This document shows, piece after piece, positions 33,941-44,023 of a stretch of 64,000 bases of DNA (positions are counted from its first letter, which is position 1; every line of letters begins with the position of its first letter). Source of the DNA: Opitutus sp. GAS368 (GTDB taxonomy: Bacteria; Verrucomicrobiota; Verrucomicrobiia; Opitutales; Opitutaceae); NCBI GenBank assembly GCA_945861645.1, contig CAMAVZ010000002.1, positions 1-64,000 of the forward strand. Reading direction: 5' to 3'. Made by a program: the position numbers and the translations under genes. Under the pieces are notes generated by a model. The model worked only from the letters and a program-made list of their open reading frames with translations, was not told the origin of the DNA and searched no databases.

Positions 33941-36550
33941 TCAAGGGCGGCGGCCGCTCGGCAAACGAAAGCGCGCCAATTTTGCCTGCGCCTGGGCGAG
34001 GCCGTATAGCTTGTAGTCTAAAATTAACTGATAACTCCGCTGAGCTTCATCGATCTGGCCCGCATCTTCATGCAACTGGGCCAGCTCGAGCAAAGAGCGC
34101 GAAACCCAGTAACGGCCCTTGGCCCCCAATTGACTGGCTTGCGCGGCATCAAGCAGAAAAGCGTCGGCCACCGACCAAAAAATAATCTGCGCCTTCGCCG
34201 GTTGGGCATGTTTAGCCAAGGCATAGCCCCATTTAAAACCCGCCTCCGCTCGCAAATCGACGGGGGCAGACGGCAAGTCCCGCACGCGCTCAAAAATCGC
34301 CGCCGCGCTTTCATAATTAGTAAAACTATTCGCCCCTTGGGCAAATAGACAATCAGCCAGCGCAATCTCCGCTAGGAGAATATCAAAATGGGCGGGATAA
34401 TTATTAACCAAGTATTCATATACCTGCCGAGCGGCCGCCATATCATTTAAGCGGCGGAGCAGATCGCCTTGCTTAAGCCGCGCATAAAAAACGAGTTCAT
34501 CCTGCGGATAATCTCGGATCAGACGCTCCAACATTTTCTCATAGGCGTCGCGCAGATGTCGATCGAGACCCTGACGCTCTAAATTTAAAGCCGCCTCATA
34601 CAAGGCCAGCGGGGCATATTCGCTGCGCTTGTAATCAGGATGATCGACAAAGCTAACCAGCACTAATTGCGCGGCCGCCATATCGCCACGCTGAGTCAGA
34701 TAGCCCGCCTGCATAATATAAGAATACTGCGCGGCGGCGGTTAGGCGATAGTCAGCGCGTAGTTTCTCCAGAACGGCGAAACCCTCCTGATTTTGATTCC
34801 GCGCCAGAAAAATTTGGGCCTTTAGCAGCTGCGCCATGCTGGCTACGTTACGGCGCAACGCTGGATCAAATGGCTCCACTTGTTGCAAGCGCCCCAGCAA
34901 GTCATCTGTTTGTTGCAGCGCTGCAGCCAATTGATTATTATCAAAAGCTAATTTGGCGCGCAGCCACATCAGACGGACGCGCAAAGTTTCAGGCACGCCG
35001 GACACTTTTTCGCCCAGCAGCCGATCGACACGACTATAAGCGGCGGGGGTCTGCCCGCGAATTTGCAATTCCTTAACTAAATTCCACTCCGCTTGCCAGC
35101 GATTCACCGCATCAAAACCAGGGTTGGGGGCTGATGCGTCCAGCTGTTGAGCAGCCTCGGTGAGCCGATCGGCACGGATATCAGATAAGACCCGCTGAAA
35201 AAGCAAAACGCCGGCGGGCACGACGGCGGGCGTTTCATGCAAGGCGGCGTCATAGGCGTCAGCCGCATTGCGATAATCTTCGGCGCGGAAAAACGCCTCG
35301 GCCAACAGCACCCCCAACTCAGCCCGCTCGCGGCCGGCCTTAGTGACGGCGCGCAGTTGGGCCATGACCTCGGCGGCGGCACGATAACGTTTAAGATCCC
35401 AAGCCACAGCCAAGCGCACGCCAAGCGCCGTTACTTTGAGCGGCGAGCCCGGATAGCGCTCCAGCAAAGCGCGCGCATCCTCCTCGGCTCGAGCATAATC
35501 GTTGTCAGCCAAAGCCAATTGCGCCCGCACTAATAATAAATCCTCAATGACCGTATGCGGCGTGGGCGCGTTAATCAAATCGCTGAGGTCACGGCGCAAT
35601 TGCTCGCGGTCGACCGTTGTTTTACTCCCGCGGGCCAACAATTGAAGTGCGAGGCGCTGAGTTTCCGCCTTCTGGCCATCGCGGAGTAACTGTTTAAAAG
35701 CTTGGCGGCCGGCGATACTCGATTCACCCGCGATTAAACCCAGCATGAGCCGAAATTGGTCCGCCGTATTACGCTCCGAAGGCGGAATAACGGCGAGCTG
35801 GCGTTGCAGTACGGCTTGGGCCTCGGCCGCGCGACCCAAAGCGGCGAGGGCCGCGGCATAAGATCGCACCGCATCAAAACCCGTCGCCCGCCCCTGAAAA
35901 GTTTCCATGGTCTTGCGCAAATTAACCAGCCGCGCCTCATCGAGCGGACCACGCCGCAATAGGGCCTGCTCTCGGCCAAGCGCAAAGCGCGCGCGCGCCA
36001 ACTCAGATACGGCCGCATTGATCGCCTGATTGTAAAATTCATTGGCCGCCAAAATATTCCCTTCGGCATCCGCCACTTGTCCCTGCAGAAAATGCCACCA
36101 CCCTTTATCCGCAGCCGCGAGGCCCTCAATTTTGCCCGCGGCTAAGGCAGCTTTTGCTTGCGGCCACCGGCGCGCGTGCGCGGCGAGTAAGCCAACGCGC
36201 AATTGGTAAGCAGAGGAGCGCGGCCCCGTGTAGGTTGGTAGAACCTTTTCAGCCTCCCCCGTGTCACCAGCATCTAATAAGGCCGTCACCAGAGCGAGGG
36301 TCACGGTTTGCCGAGCCTCTGCGGGCAAACTCTCCTCTTGTAAAATATCGCGATAAATTGCCGCGGCGGTGAAGGAGAAGCCCGCCCGCAAAGCCATCTG
36401 CGCACGACCTTCTGCCATAAGCCAACGACTCGGCTCCATCGCCGCGCCCCCAGGCGCATCCACGAGCGGACTGGGGCTCGCCACTTGCGCGGCGAGCGGC
36501 CCCACCACGAGGGCAAGAGACAGAGAGAGTAGACAACTCAGCTTCATCAT
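33941..36550 (-). CDS. Large exported tetratricopeptide-repeat protein
   Basis: Signal peptide MMKLSCLLSLSLALVVGPLAAQ; repeated helical TPR-like units (LLERYPGS, LIRDYPQD, LVNNYPAH); start uncertain within 36547-36601. Confidence 0.8.
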   Translation of the reverse strand: MMKLSCLLSLSLALVVGPLAAQVASPSPLVDAPGGAAMEPSRWLMAEGRAQMALRAGFSFTAAAIYRDILQEESLPAEARQTVTLALVTALLDAGDTGEAEKVLPTYTGPRSSAYQLRVGLLAAHARRWPQAKAALAAGKIEGLAAADKGWWHFLQGQVADAEGNILAANEFYNQAINAAVSELARARFALGREQALLRRGPLDEARLVNLRKTMETFQGRATGFDAVRSYAAALAALGRAAEAQAVLQRQLAVIPPSERNTADQFRLMLGLIAGESSIAGRQAFKQLLRDGQKAETQRLALQLLARGSKTTVDREQLRRDLSDLINAPTPHTVIEDLLLVRAQLALADNDYARAEEDARALLERYPGSPLKVTALGVRLAVAWDLKRYRAAAEVMAQLRAVTKAGRERAELGVLLAEAFFRAEDYRNAADAYDAALHETPAVVPAGVLLFQRVLSDIRADRLTEAAQQLDASAPNPGFDAVNRWQAEWNLVKELQIRGQTPAAYSRVDRLLGEKVSGVPETLRVRLMWLRAKLAFDNNQLAAALQQTDDLLGRLQQVEPFDPALRRNVASMAQLLKAQIFLARNQNQEGFAVLEKLRADYRLTAAAQYSYIMQAGYLTQRGDMAAAQLVLVSFVDHPDYKRSEYAPLALYEAALNLERQGLDRHLRDAYEKMLERLIRDYPQDELVFYARLKQGDLLRRLNDMAAARQVYEYLVNNYPAHFDILLAEIALADCLFAQGANSFTNYESAAAIFERVRDLPSAPVDLRAEAGFKWGYALAKHAQPAKAQIIFWSVADAFLLDAAQASQLGAKGRYWVSRSLLELAQLHEDAGQIDEAQRSYQLILDYKLYGLAQAQAKLARFRLPSGRRP

Positions 36551-36714
36551 GGAGATAATAACAGTGAGCCAACAGATCATGGTGGCAAGCCTCGCGCGCA
36601 CAGTGGATCCTATCTGAGGGTTGAAATAGAGGGGGGCAGTGTAAGAGGAAATTACTCGCGCCCCATTATCCCCTCCGACAGCGTGTCAGTCTTTAAGTTC
36701 AATCCCCTCCTTCT

Positions 36715-37311
36715 ATGCTACTGATCATCCTTGGTACTGTCCTCGTCCTTGCCATCGTCGGGGCCTTATGGGTCGCCGGTAATTATAATTCCTTGGTTAG
36801 CCTACGCAACCGCTTCAAGAACGCCTTTGCGCAGATTGATGTGCAGCTCAAACGCCGCTACGATCTGATCCCCAATCTCGTGGAAGTGGCCAAAGGTTAT
36901 ATGAAGCATGAGAGCGGCACCTTGGAAGCGGTGATCGCGGCGCGCAATACAGCCTACGCCGCCTCGAAGAACGCGGCGGCCGACCCCGCCGACGCTGGCG
37001 CCATGAAGGGCTTACTCTCAGCGGAATCGGGTCTCGCTGGAGCCATGTCCCGTTTAATGGTCGTCTCTGAGCAATATCCTGACCTCAAGGCCAATCAAAA
37101 CATGATGCAACTGACCGAAGAGATGACCTCCACTGAAAATAAAATCTCCTTTGCGCGCCAAGCTTACAATGATTCCGTTATGACCTACAATACGTCCCGC
37201 GAATCCTTCCCCACCAATCTGCTCGCTGGCCTATTCAATTTTACGGAGGCCCAGTTATTTCAAATTGAAAACGCGGCGGAACGGGCGGTTCCGCAGGTCA
37301 AATTTAGCTAA
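36715..37311 (+). CDS. lemA: LemA family protein
   Basis: N-terminal TM, YNSLV, IDVQLKRRYDLIPNLV, EQYPDLKAN, ARQAYND, FPTN. Confidence 0.96.
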   Translation: MLLIILGTVLVLAIVGALWVAGNYNSLVSLRNRFKNAFAQIDVQLKRRYDLIPNLVEVAKGYMKHESGTLEAVIAARNTAYAASKNAAADPADAGAMKGLLSAESGLAGAMSRLMVVSEQYPDLKANQNMMQLTEEMTSTENKISFARQAYNDSVMTYNTSRESFPTNLLAGLFNFTEAQLFQIENAAERAVPQVKFS

Positions 37312-37381
37312 AGCACCGGAGTAAATTTTGCGCCTGAGCTGTTGAGAGCTTAGCTCCCAACTCGCGCCTCACCCGCCAATC

Positions 37382-39307
37382 ATGGATTTTTTTGCAGCCC
37401 AAGCCCAGGCGCGCAAGCGAACCCACCGGCTCGTGCTCTTATTTATTCTCGCGGTGCTGGGAACTGTGTTGGCTGGCTATGCCGCAGCGGTATTTTTGCT
37501 CAACCAGGACCCGCCTCATGGTTCTCTCATTTGGTGGGATCCGCTACTTTTAGCCTGGACGGCGGGGGCCACCACCGTGGTCGTGGGCATCGCCTCACTC
37601 TATAAATGGTCGCAACTGCGCGCGGGCGGCGCCGCCGTGGCCGAACTCGTCGGTGGACGACTCGTGAGCGGCGCTACCACTGATCTCAAGGAACGGCGTC
37701 TGCTCAATGTCGTTGAGGAAATGGCGATCGCCTCCGGTATTCCGATGCCGGTCGTCTACGTGTTAGAGAATGAGTCCGGCCTCAACGCCTTTGCCGCTGG
37801 GCTTACCACGAGCGATGCCGCCGTCGCCGTGACCCGTGGCCTTCTGGATAAATTATCCCGCGATGAACTGCAGGGAGTGATCGGGCATGAATTTAGTCAC
37901 ATCCTCAACGGCGACATGCGCCTCAATGTGCGCATCACCGCCATCGTGTTCGGCATTCTCGTCATTGGGCTCTTTGGCAGGGGTATTTTGCAATCGATCG
38001 GCCGCAGTCGCGGGCGCAGTCGCAGCGATGATAAAAAAGGGGGCGGGGTTATAGTCTTCCTCGCGGTCGGCTTGGCGCTCCTGATCATTGGCTATATTGG
38101 CTATTTTTTTGGACGGCTCATCCAGGCAGCGGTGTCACGGCAGCGCGAATTCCTGGCCGATGCCTCCGCCGTGCAATTCACGCGTAACCCCGAGGGCATC
38201 AGTGGGGCCCTAAAAAAAATTGGGGGCTATGCGCTGGAGGGTAATATTGCGGACCAACACGCGCCAGAGATAGGTCACTTTTTTTTCGCCCAAGCCTTTA
38301 AAACCAGTTTTAGCGGACTCTGGGCCACCCATCCACCGCTGGCAGAGCGCATCCGCGCGGTTGAGGCCCAGTGGGATGGGGCGCTTTTCTCCCCTCCCGT
38401 AATCGTTGATATCGCCCATGAATCATCCGCGACCGCTGGTTTCGGCGGCAGCGCACTCAACGGCAACCAGACGGCGAGGTCGCCCGCTCCCCTCCGCTTC
38501 AAACCAGTGGCGATAGTCGCTGATATCGGCGCCCTCACCGAAGCCCACTTCCGCCAGGCCCAAACCCTTCTCGCTTCGATTCCCCCTCCACTGCGCGAGG
38601 CGACCCGCGCGGCCTCTGCGGCTCAAGTATTAGTGTACGGATTGCTGCTCAGCGCGAGCCCAGCCTCGCGTGATCAGCAGCACGCGCTCGTCCAAAAACA
38701 TGCCGGGTCCGATTCTGCTACAGTCTTGGCCAGCCTAGACGCCGCCCTGCGCGCCCTCCCTCCTGAAGCTCGGCTACCGCTGCTGCAATTGGCCTTTCCC
38801 GTGCTGCGCGAACTGAAGAGCACCGTACTTGAACGCTTTACGACCACTCTCGACGCGCTCATGCACGCGGACCATCGTGTCACCCTTTTTGAATACGCAT
38901 TACAAAAAACGCTGCAGCGCCAGCTCACCCTCGCCGCCAACCCCCGACCCCAGTTGCAATACGATTCTTTCAATGCCGTTCGCCAGGAGATTGCGATCGT
39001 GCTTTCCGCTTTGGCGCATCTCAGTGCCAAAAATTCTCCCGCGGCTTTTGCGGAAGGCACCGCGCAGATTCCCGTGATTCGCCATCAAATCACTCTGCTC
39101 GAGCCCGCGGCAAGCGGACTCGATCAGCTAGATTCCGCCCTCGATAAACTCGCGGTCAGCGCTTGGCCCATTAAGCAACGCGTTCTCGTGGCGGCCGGCC
39201 ACGTTATCGCTAGCGACAGCACCATCACGGTCGAAGAAGGCGAACTCTATCGCGCGATCGCCGCGACGCTCGACTGCCCCATGCCCATGCTGGGCCTCGC
39301 GAATTAA
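37382..39307 (+). CDS. M48 (HtpX-like) membrane zinc metalloprotease with C-terminal helical extension
   Basis: MDFF start, NVVEEMAIASG, NAFAAG, HEFSH, SRQREFLADA, ATHPPL; usual lemA partner. Confidence 0.93.
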   Translation: MDFFAAQAQARKRTHRLVLLFILAVLGTVLAGYAAAVFLLNQDPPHGSLIWWDPLLLAWTAGATTVVVGIASLYKWSQLRAGGAAVAELVGGRLVSGATTDLKERRLLNVVEEMAIASGIPMPVVYVLENESGLNAFAAGLTTSDAAVAVTRGLLDKLSRDELQGVIGHEFSHILNGDMRLNVRITAIVFGILVIGLFGRGILQSIGRSRGRSRSDDKKGGGVIVFLAVGLALLIIGYIGYFFGRLIQAAVSRQREFLADASAVQFTRNPEGISGALKKIGGYALEGNIADQHAPEIGHFFFAQAFKTSFSGLWATHPPLAERIRAVEAQWDGALFSPPVIVDIAHESSATAGFGGSALNGNQTARSPAPLRFKPVAIVADIGALTEAHFRQAQTLLASIPPPLREATRAASAAQVLVYGLLLSASPASRDQQHALVQKHAGSDSATVLASLDAALRALPPEARLPLLQLAFPVLRELKSTVLERFTTTLDALMHADHRVTLFEYALQKTLQRQLTLAANPRPQLQYDSFNAVRQEIAIVLSALAHLSAKNSPAAFAEGTAQIPVIRHQITLLEPAASGLDQLDSALDKLAVSAWPIKQRVLVAAGHVIASDSTITVEEGELYRAIAATLDCPMPMLGLAN

Positions 39308-39329
39308 TTTTCTAGCTTTGCTTAGTCGC

Positions 39330-39743
39330 GTGACCCTCGCCGAAAAACAGCAGCAACTCATTGCAGATTATGCCATCATTGAAGATGCGCAGGAACGTCT
39401 CGCGGCGATCGTCGACGGCGCCCGCCGCAGTCCACCGCTCGCCGCGACTGAACGCACTGAGAACAACCGCGTGCGAGGCTGTATTTCACAGGCGTGGATC
39501 GTGGCCGAGCAGCGGGAGGGGCTTTGCTACTTTCGCAGCGATGCCGATTCGCCCTTGGTCCGAGGCTTACTCAAGCTACTCTGTGATTTATATAGCGACG
39601 CATTCCCGCGAGAAATCGCCACGACTGAGCCGATGCTCTACGAAGCACTGGGTCTCGCCCGCAATCTCTCCCCCACGCGCCTAAATGGTTTGCGCAGCGT
39701 CCGCGCAAAAATCCGTGAATTTGCCGATAGCTGGAGCGCTTAA
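39330..39743 (+). CDS. SufE/CsdE family sulfur acceptor
   Basis: VRGCISQAW with acceptor Cys, ADSPLVRGL, LSPTRLNGL; GTG start at 39330 assumed. Confidence 0.92.
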   Translation: MTLAEKQQQLIADYAIIEDAQERLAAIVDGARRSPPLAATERTENNRVRGCISQAWIVAEQREGLCYFRSDADSPLVRGLLKLLCDLYSDAFPREIATTEPMLYEALGLARNLSPTRLNGLRSVRAKIREFADSWSA

Positions 39744-39950
39744 ACAAATACGGTAAAAGGCGACAGAAACTTGCAGGCCACCTTTGGCCCCAGCTGTTGC
39801 GCTGGGCATCCGTTCTATTAGTAATAATCCAACGGGCAAAGCCCTGGCGTTGGTCGAGCATGGCGAAAAATTAATCGGCATCCTCCATAACGGCTCTTTT
39901 TGCCGCTCCGTTAGCTTAGGTTTAGCCGCCTACTAGCGAGAAATGGGAGG

Positions 39951-40730
39951 CTATTTTCCTAAAGCAATACGCCGCACCACCTCGCCGGCAGCCGCAAATC
40001 CAAATGCACCCGTGATAAACACCGCGGTGCCAAAGCCCGTAGCACAATCTAGCCGCAAATTTGACCCCTCTTCTGGTTCAGTGGCACAGGTGCCATCAGC
40101 CCAGGGATAGATGGGTTTCTCCTGGGATGAAACGCAGGGGATACCGTAGTCATGCCCCTCGCCTTTCGCGAAACCATAATCGCGCCGCAATTTCTTGCGC
40201 ACCTGTCGCAATAATTCATCCCCGTGCGCCCCACCAAAATCGGTCACGACAATTCGCGTGGCATCACGACGACCACCCGCTGACCCCACGGTTAAGATGG
40301 GTAGCTGCCGCCGGACACACTCTGCAATGATGAGGGCCTTGTTGGACATTAAATCGATACAATCCACCACCCAATCATAGCGCGTGGCCAACAATGGCGC
40401 GGCTGTTTTGGCGGTGAAATATTCGTTCTGCGCAGTGAGGCGGCAAGCGGGATTGATTGACTTCACCCGCTCTGCAATCGCGATGACTTTGGGCCGGCCA
40501 ATGTTGCCATCAAGCGCGGGGAGCTGACGATTAACGTTAGTCAGACAAACATCATCGAGATCGATCAAGGTTAAGGCGCCGACGCCGGAGCGAGCCAAGC
40601 CCTCGGCTACCCATGAACCAACGCCGCCGACGCCGATAATCGCCACGTGCGCGTTGTGTAATCGGGGCAGCGCCGCAGCGCCATAGAGACGCGCGAGACC
40701 GCCGAAGCGTTGGAGATAATCATCAGTCAC
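39951..40730 (-). CDS. tcdA: tRNA threonylcarbamoyladenosine dehydratase (TcdA/CsdL)
   Basis: RFGGLARLYG, GVGGVGSW, DDVCLTNVNRQ, LDCATGFG..TGAFGF; GTG start at 40730 assumed. Confidence 0.92.
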   Translation of the reverse strand: MTDDYLQRFGGLARLYGAAALPRLHNAHVAIIGVGGVGSWVAEGLARSGVGALTLIDLDDVCLTNVNRQLPALDGNIGRPKVIAIAERVKSINPACRLTAQNEYFTAKTAAPLLATRYDWVVDCIDLMSNKALIIAECVRRQLPILTVGSAGGRRDATRIVVTDFGGAHGDELLRQVRKKLRRDYGFAKGEGHDYGIPCVSSQEKPIYPWADGTCATEPEEGSNLRLDCATGFGTAVFITGAFGFAAAGEVVRRIALGK

Positions 40731-40803
40731 GCAGGCAGAGCTAGCTAGGCCCACGCGCAGTGCCACTCATTTATTAACCAACTAGTCATCAGGGCATATT
40801 TTC

Positions 40804-41325
40804 CTAAAAGCCGAGCTGGTTAACCGCCGCGATCGCTTGCTGCTGACGCGCGGGCCAAGCACCGCGGATTAACTGATAAGGCAATTGCCGTCGCTCTAGC
40901 GCCTCCCGCCATAAATTGAAACAGCGAGCGCGGTCAGCGAGATCGGGAAAAGCGCGCTGCGGATCCGGGGCAAAAGGCCCATCAACATCGAGCAAGAGAT
41001 AGAGGGTATAATTTGACGCGCGCCGTTCCGCTTCAGCGCGAATAGCTGCCGGACAAGCACCGTAAAGTAAGTCACTCCAAAGCACCGTCGTCAGCGCCTC
41101 GGTGTCGCAGAGCACTAGCGGCGGCGCCAGCGCCGCGGCCGCGTCTTCCCGTCGCCATTGCTCGCGCGCAATCATTGGGATATTCGCCAAGGTAATCCCG
41201 CCATGTTGGTCCCAAAATTCGCGGGCGTACTCAGCGACCACGGGGGCATGAAAATGCGCCGCCAAGTGCTGCGCGAGTTGCGTTTTCCCCGTGGATTCCG
41301 GCCCAAATAAAGCGACCCGTTTCAT
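40804..41325 (-). CDS. NadR-type ribosylnicotinamide kinase domain (stand-alone P-loop protein)
   Basis: GPESTGKT, EYAR, CDT..TT..WS, DPQR; ATG 41325 overlaps the pnuC stop. Confidence 0.85.
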   Translation of the reverse strand: MKRVALFGPESTGKTQLAQHLAAHFHAPVVAEYAREFWDQHGGITLANIPMIAREQWRREDAAAALAPPLVLCDTEALTTVLWSDLLYGACPAAIRAEAERRASNYTLYLLLDVDGPFAPDPQRAFPDLADRARCFNLWREALERRQLPYQLIRGAWPARQQQAIAAVNQLGF

Positions 41326-41897
41326 GCGGCGACCTTGCATCCTTGGCGCCACTCGCGCCAACCCCACAGCGACATCCACCAAAAGATCAGGTAGAGTCCG
41401 CTCGTCAGCCGCAAATCTTTCACCCAATAAACGCCCACTGCGACCGTATTAACGAGCAGCCAGCCCAGCCAACATTCCAATTTTTTTCGCGCCTGCAGCC
41501 ACTGGGCAATTAAACTAAAAATTAGGATGAAGGCGTCCCACCATGGCAGCGTCGCATCGGTCAGGCGATGCATGCCCCACCCCCAGACGGCCGTCAGGCC
41601 GGCGCCCACGACCAGCCAACCACCCCGCGCGGTCGGACTTAAACACGTCACCGGCAGTACTCCTCGCGGGGACGAGCCCGATGCGCCCCGCCGCGCCCAG
41701 TGCCACCAGCCATAAACCTGAAGGACAAAAAAGAAAAACTGCAGGATTGTATCGGAATAAAGCTTAGCCCCATAAAACACCCACGCATAAATCCCCACCT
41801 GCACTAAGCCAACCGGCCACCCCCAGAGCTGCTGGCGAATCATCAACCCGACGCCGATAACGCCCAGCACCGTGCCAATAATTTCCCAGATGCTCAT
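41322..41897 (-). CDS. pnuC: PnuC-family nicotinamide riboside transporter
   Basis: WGWPVG, LYSD..LQ, YGWWHW, PWWDAF..SLIAQWL.ARK.LECW; start 41897 or 41903. Confidence 0.92.
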   Translation of the reverse strand: MSIWEIIGTVLGVIGVGLMIRQQLWGWPVGLVQVGIYAWVFYGAKLYSDTILQFFFFVLQVYGWWHWARRGASGSSPRGVLPVTCLSPTARGGWLVVGAGLTAVWGWGMHRLTDATLPWWDAFILIFSLIAQWLQARKKLECWLGWLLVNTVAVGVYWVKDLRLTSGLYLIFWWMSLWGWREWRQGCKVAA

Positions 41898-41945
41898 AAT
41901 CAATAAAGGTCAGCGCGGGTGGAATAAATCTCGGGAGCGGTCCGC

Positions 41946-42743
41946 TTAGCCTCCAGCTAAATAAGCCTCCATCGCCTCGCGCGTCAGCCGATGACCAGCG
42001 GCACAACGCGGACATTCCACGCGGATCGATTCCGCCTCGCCAAAAATACCCACGGGATCCGCGCGAAAAGCGGGGGCGATCGCGCCCAGAATTTTTGATT
42101 GAGTGCAACCGCAGTGCCAGCGGTAGAGCCGCTGCTCAATCCGCGTCACGATTTCAGCCGGGGCCAGCGCGCTGAGGCCCGCTGACGCGACGGCGTTAAA
42201 CCAAGGCGCATCATAGTCAGGATGTGAGACGAGCAGCGCATACTCATCGTTCCCGAGGTGAAAATAACGCACCGGGCATTGTTCACTTTGAGCATAATAA
42301 TCCGTGGCCGCGAGCAACGGATCATTCCCAATAAAATTAATCACGCTCCGCCGAGTCTCCGCGCCGCGGCGCGGCACATGGTCGCTGTAGAAGGTATTGT
42401 GCGCGGCGACCTTAACATTTTCCGTAAAAAGCCGCCCGGTGATCGTGCAGTCCTCGTTATCCATCGCGAGAAACACATTGAGCCGCGGCGCTTGAAAATT
42501 AAGCGACCAAGCCAAGTGCCCATGCAGCGGTCGCGCCGCGGCATGCAGCACACCCGCCACGAGCGCCTCTTTAAAAATCGCCGCCTGCTCCGGCGAGTAC
42601 CGCAAATGCTGGTCCGCCAGATGCAGATAATAATCCGTAAACAAAGGGGTTAAGTCTGCCCGTACGAGCAGCACATTGCGGTGACGGATAAAATCCACCG
42701 TGACAACGGCACCTGAATCGGTCGCTAACTGGTCTGGCGGCAT
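41946..42743 (-). CDS. Hsp33-family redox-regulated chaperone (divergent)
   Basis: YYAQSEQ and C-terminal Zn motif HCGC...ECPRC; ATG 42743. Confidence 0.8.
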   Translation of the reverse strand: MPPDQLATDSGAVVTVDFIRHRNVLLVRADLTPLFTDYYLHLADQHLRYSPEQAAIFKEALVAGVLHAAARPLHGHLAWSLNFQAPRLNVFLAMDNEDCTITGRLFTENVKVAAHNTFYSDHVPRRGAETRRSVINFIGNDPLLAATDYYAQSEQCPVRYFHLGNDEYALLVSHPDYDAPWFNAVASAGLSALAPAEIVTRIEQRLYRWHCGCTQSKILGAIAPAFRADPVGIFGEAESIRVECPRCAAGHRLTREAMEAYLAGG

Positions 42744-42863
42744 CCCACCCAGTGTATGAATAATTCCTGAATGTCCAGCGAGGGTCGTGCTCGCACCTAA
42801 GCAGGTTAACTGACCGAAAGAGCGCAACCTTGGGGCCCCTCTGCGCGCCAGCCATTAGCTCCG

Positions 42864-43466
42864 TCAGTTCGCCTTAATCACACCCTTGCTCTGCAGCTTC
42901 TTTACCTTGGGCTTAATCACGAAAGTACAGTAACCGGCATTGGGATTCTGGTTAAAATAATTCTGGTGATAGTCTTCGGCGCGCCAAAATTTCTTGAGCG
43001 GGACAATCTGAGTCACAATGGCGTCACGATAGCTGGCTTGCGCCGCCTGCTGCGCGCGTTGGGCCACTCGGTGCTGCGCCTCATTATGGAAAAATATGAC
43101 CGAGCGATATTGGTCACCGTGATCAGCTCCCTGCCGATTGAGTGTGGTGGGATCGTGCGCCTCAAAGAAAATCTCGAGTAATTTTTCGTAACTGATGATC
43201 GCAGGGCTAAACTCCACTTGGATGACTTCAGCGTGACCCGAGCCATGACTGCAAATATCCTCGTAAGTTGGGTTTTCGGTTTTTCCGCCCGAATATCCAC
43301 TGACACTGTGCCGCACCCCAGGAACGCGCTGAAATACCGCCTCTATGCACCAGAAACATCCGCCTCCCATCGTCGCAAATTCGGTGGAGGACGCCGCGGG
43401 GGATTGAGCTGAAATATTCATAGCAGAAAAAACAAAACCGAAGGCAAGGAGTGCGCGAAGTTTCAT
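42864..43466 (-). CDS. msrA: Peptide methionine sulfoxide reductase A with signal peptide
   Basis: GGGCFWC, GHAEVI, HDPTTLNRQG, QYRS, AEDYHQNY; N-terminal signal MKLRALLAFGFVFSAMNISAQ. Confidence 0.96.
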   Translation of the reverse strand: MKLRALLAFGFVFSAMNISAQSPAASSTEFATMGGGCFWCIEAVFQRVPGVRHSVSGYSGGKTENPTYEDICSHGSGHAEVIQVEFSPAIISYEKLLEIFFEAHDPTTLNRQGADHGDQYRSVIFFHNEAQHRVAQRAQQAAQASYRDAIVTQIVPLKKFWRAEDYHQNYFNQNPNAGYCTFVIKPKVKKLQSKGVIKAN

Positions 43467-43602
43467 TATTAGGCCACTAGGCTAGTCCATTATCGCGCCG
43501 AATCAACCCGCGAGGTTATTTATTCCGTAAATCTTGTCCCTGAGCGGCAACCGTGATTACTTCTTACAAGGCCCCCTTTAATTTCACGACCCGCGGCTAT
43601 CT

Positions 43603-43980
43603 ATGGAAGACTCACGCATCGATAAATGGCTCTGGAGCGTACGGGTTTTCAAGACTCGTCCCCTCGCGATGGAAGCATGTCGCCTCGGCAAGGTTCTCAT
43701 GGGCGAAGTCGCCGCCAAACCCAGCCGAGACCTTCGTATCGGCGATACGGTCACCATTCACCTCGGGACAATCACCCGCACCCTGAAAGTTACCGCGCTG
43801 CCGCCCTCCCGCGTTGCCGCCAAACAGCTCCCCGAATTTATCACCGACCTCACCCCACCGGCTGAATACGCCCGGGCTAAACAAGCCGCCCTCGAGCATC
43901 AACTTGCCCGCCAGCGCGGCCTCGGCCGACCGACCAAAAAAGAGCGGCGCGATATGTCGGACCTTTTCGGCTTTGATTAA
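43603..43980 (+). CDS. hslR: Ribosome-associated heat shock protein Hsp15 (S4 domain)
   Basis: RIDKWLWSVRVFKTR, KPS, GRPTKKERR. Confidence 0.92.
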   Translation: MEDSRIDKWLWSVRVFKTRPLAMEACRLGKVLMGEVAAKPSRDLRIGDTVTIHLGTITRTLKVTALPPSRVAAKQLPEFITDLTPPAEYARAKQAALEHQLARQRGLGRPTKKERRDMSDLFGFD

Positions 43981-44023
43981 AACTCAACGACCGCGCGCCT
44001 GCACAAAGCAAGCTTACGCCCGC

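Noticed and set aside
31863-36601. Genomic island integrated at tRNA-Thr
   Set aside because: The flanking genes lie on the tRNA 5' side, and no integrase or duplicated tRNA end was seen
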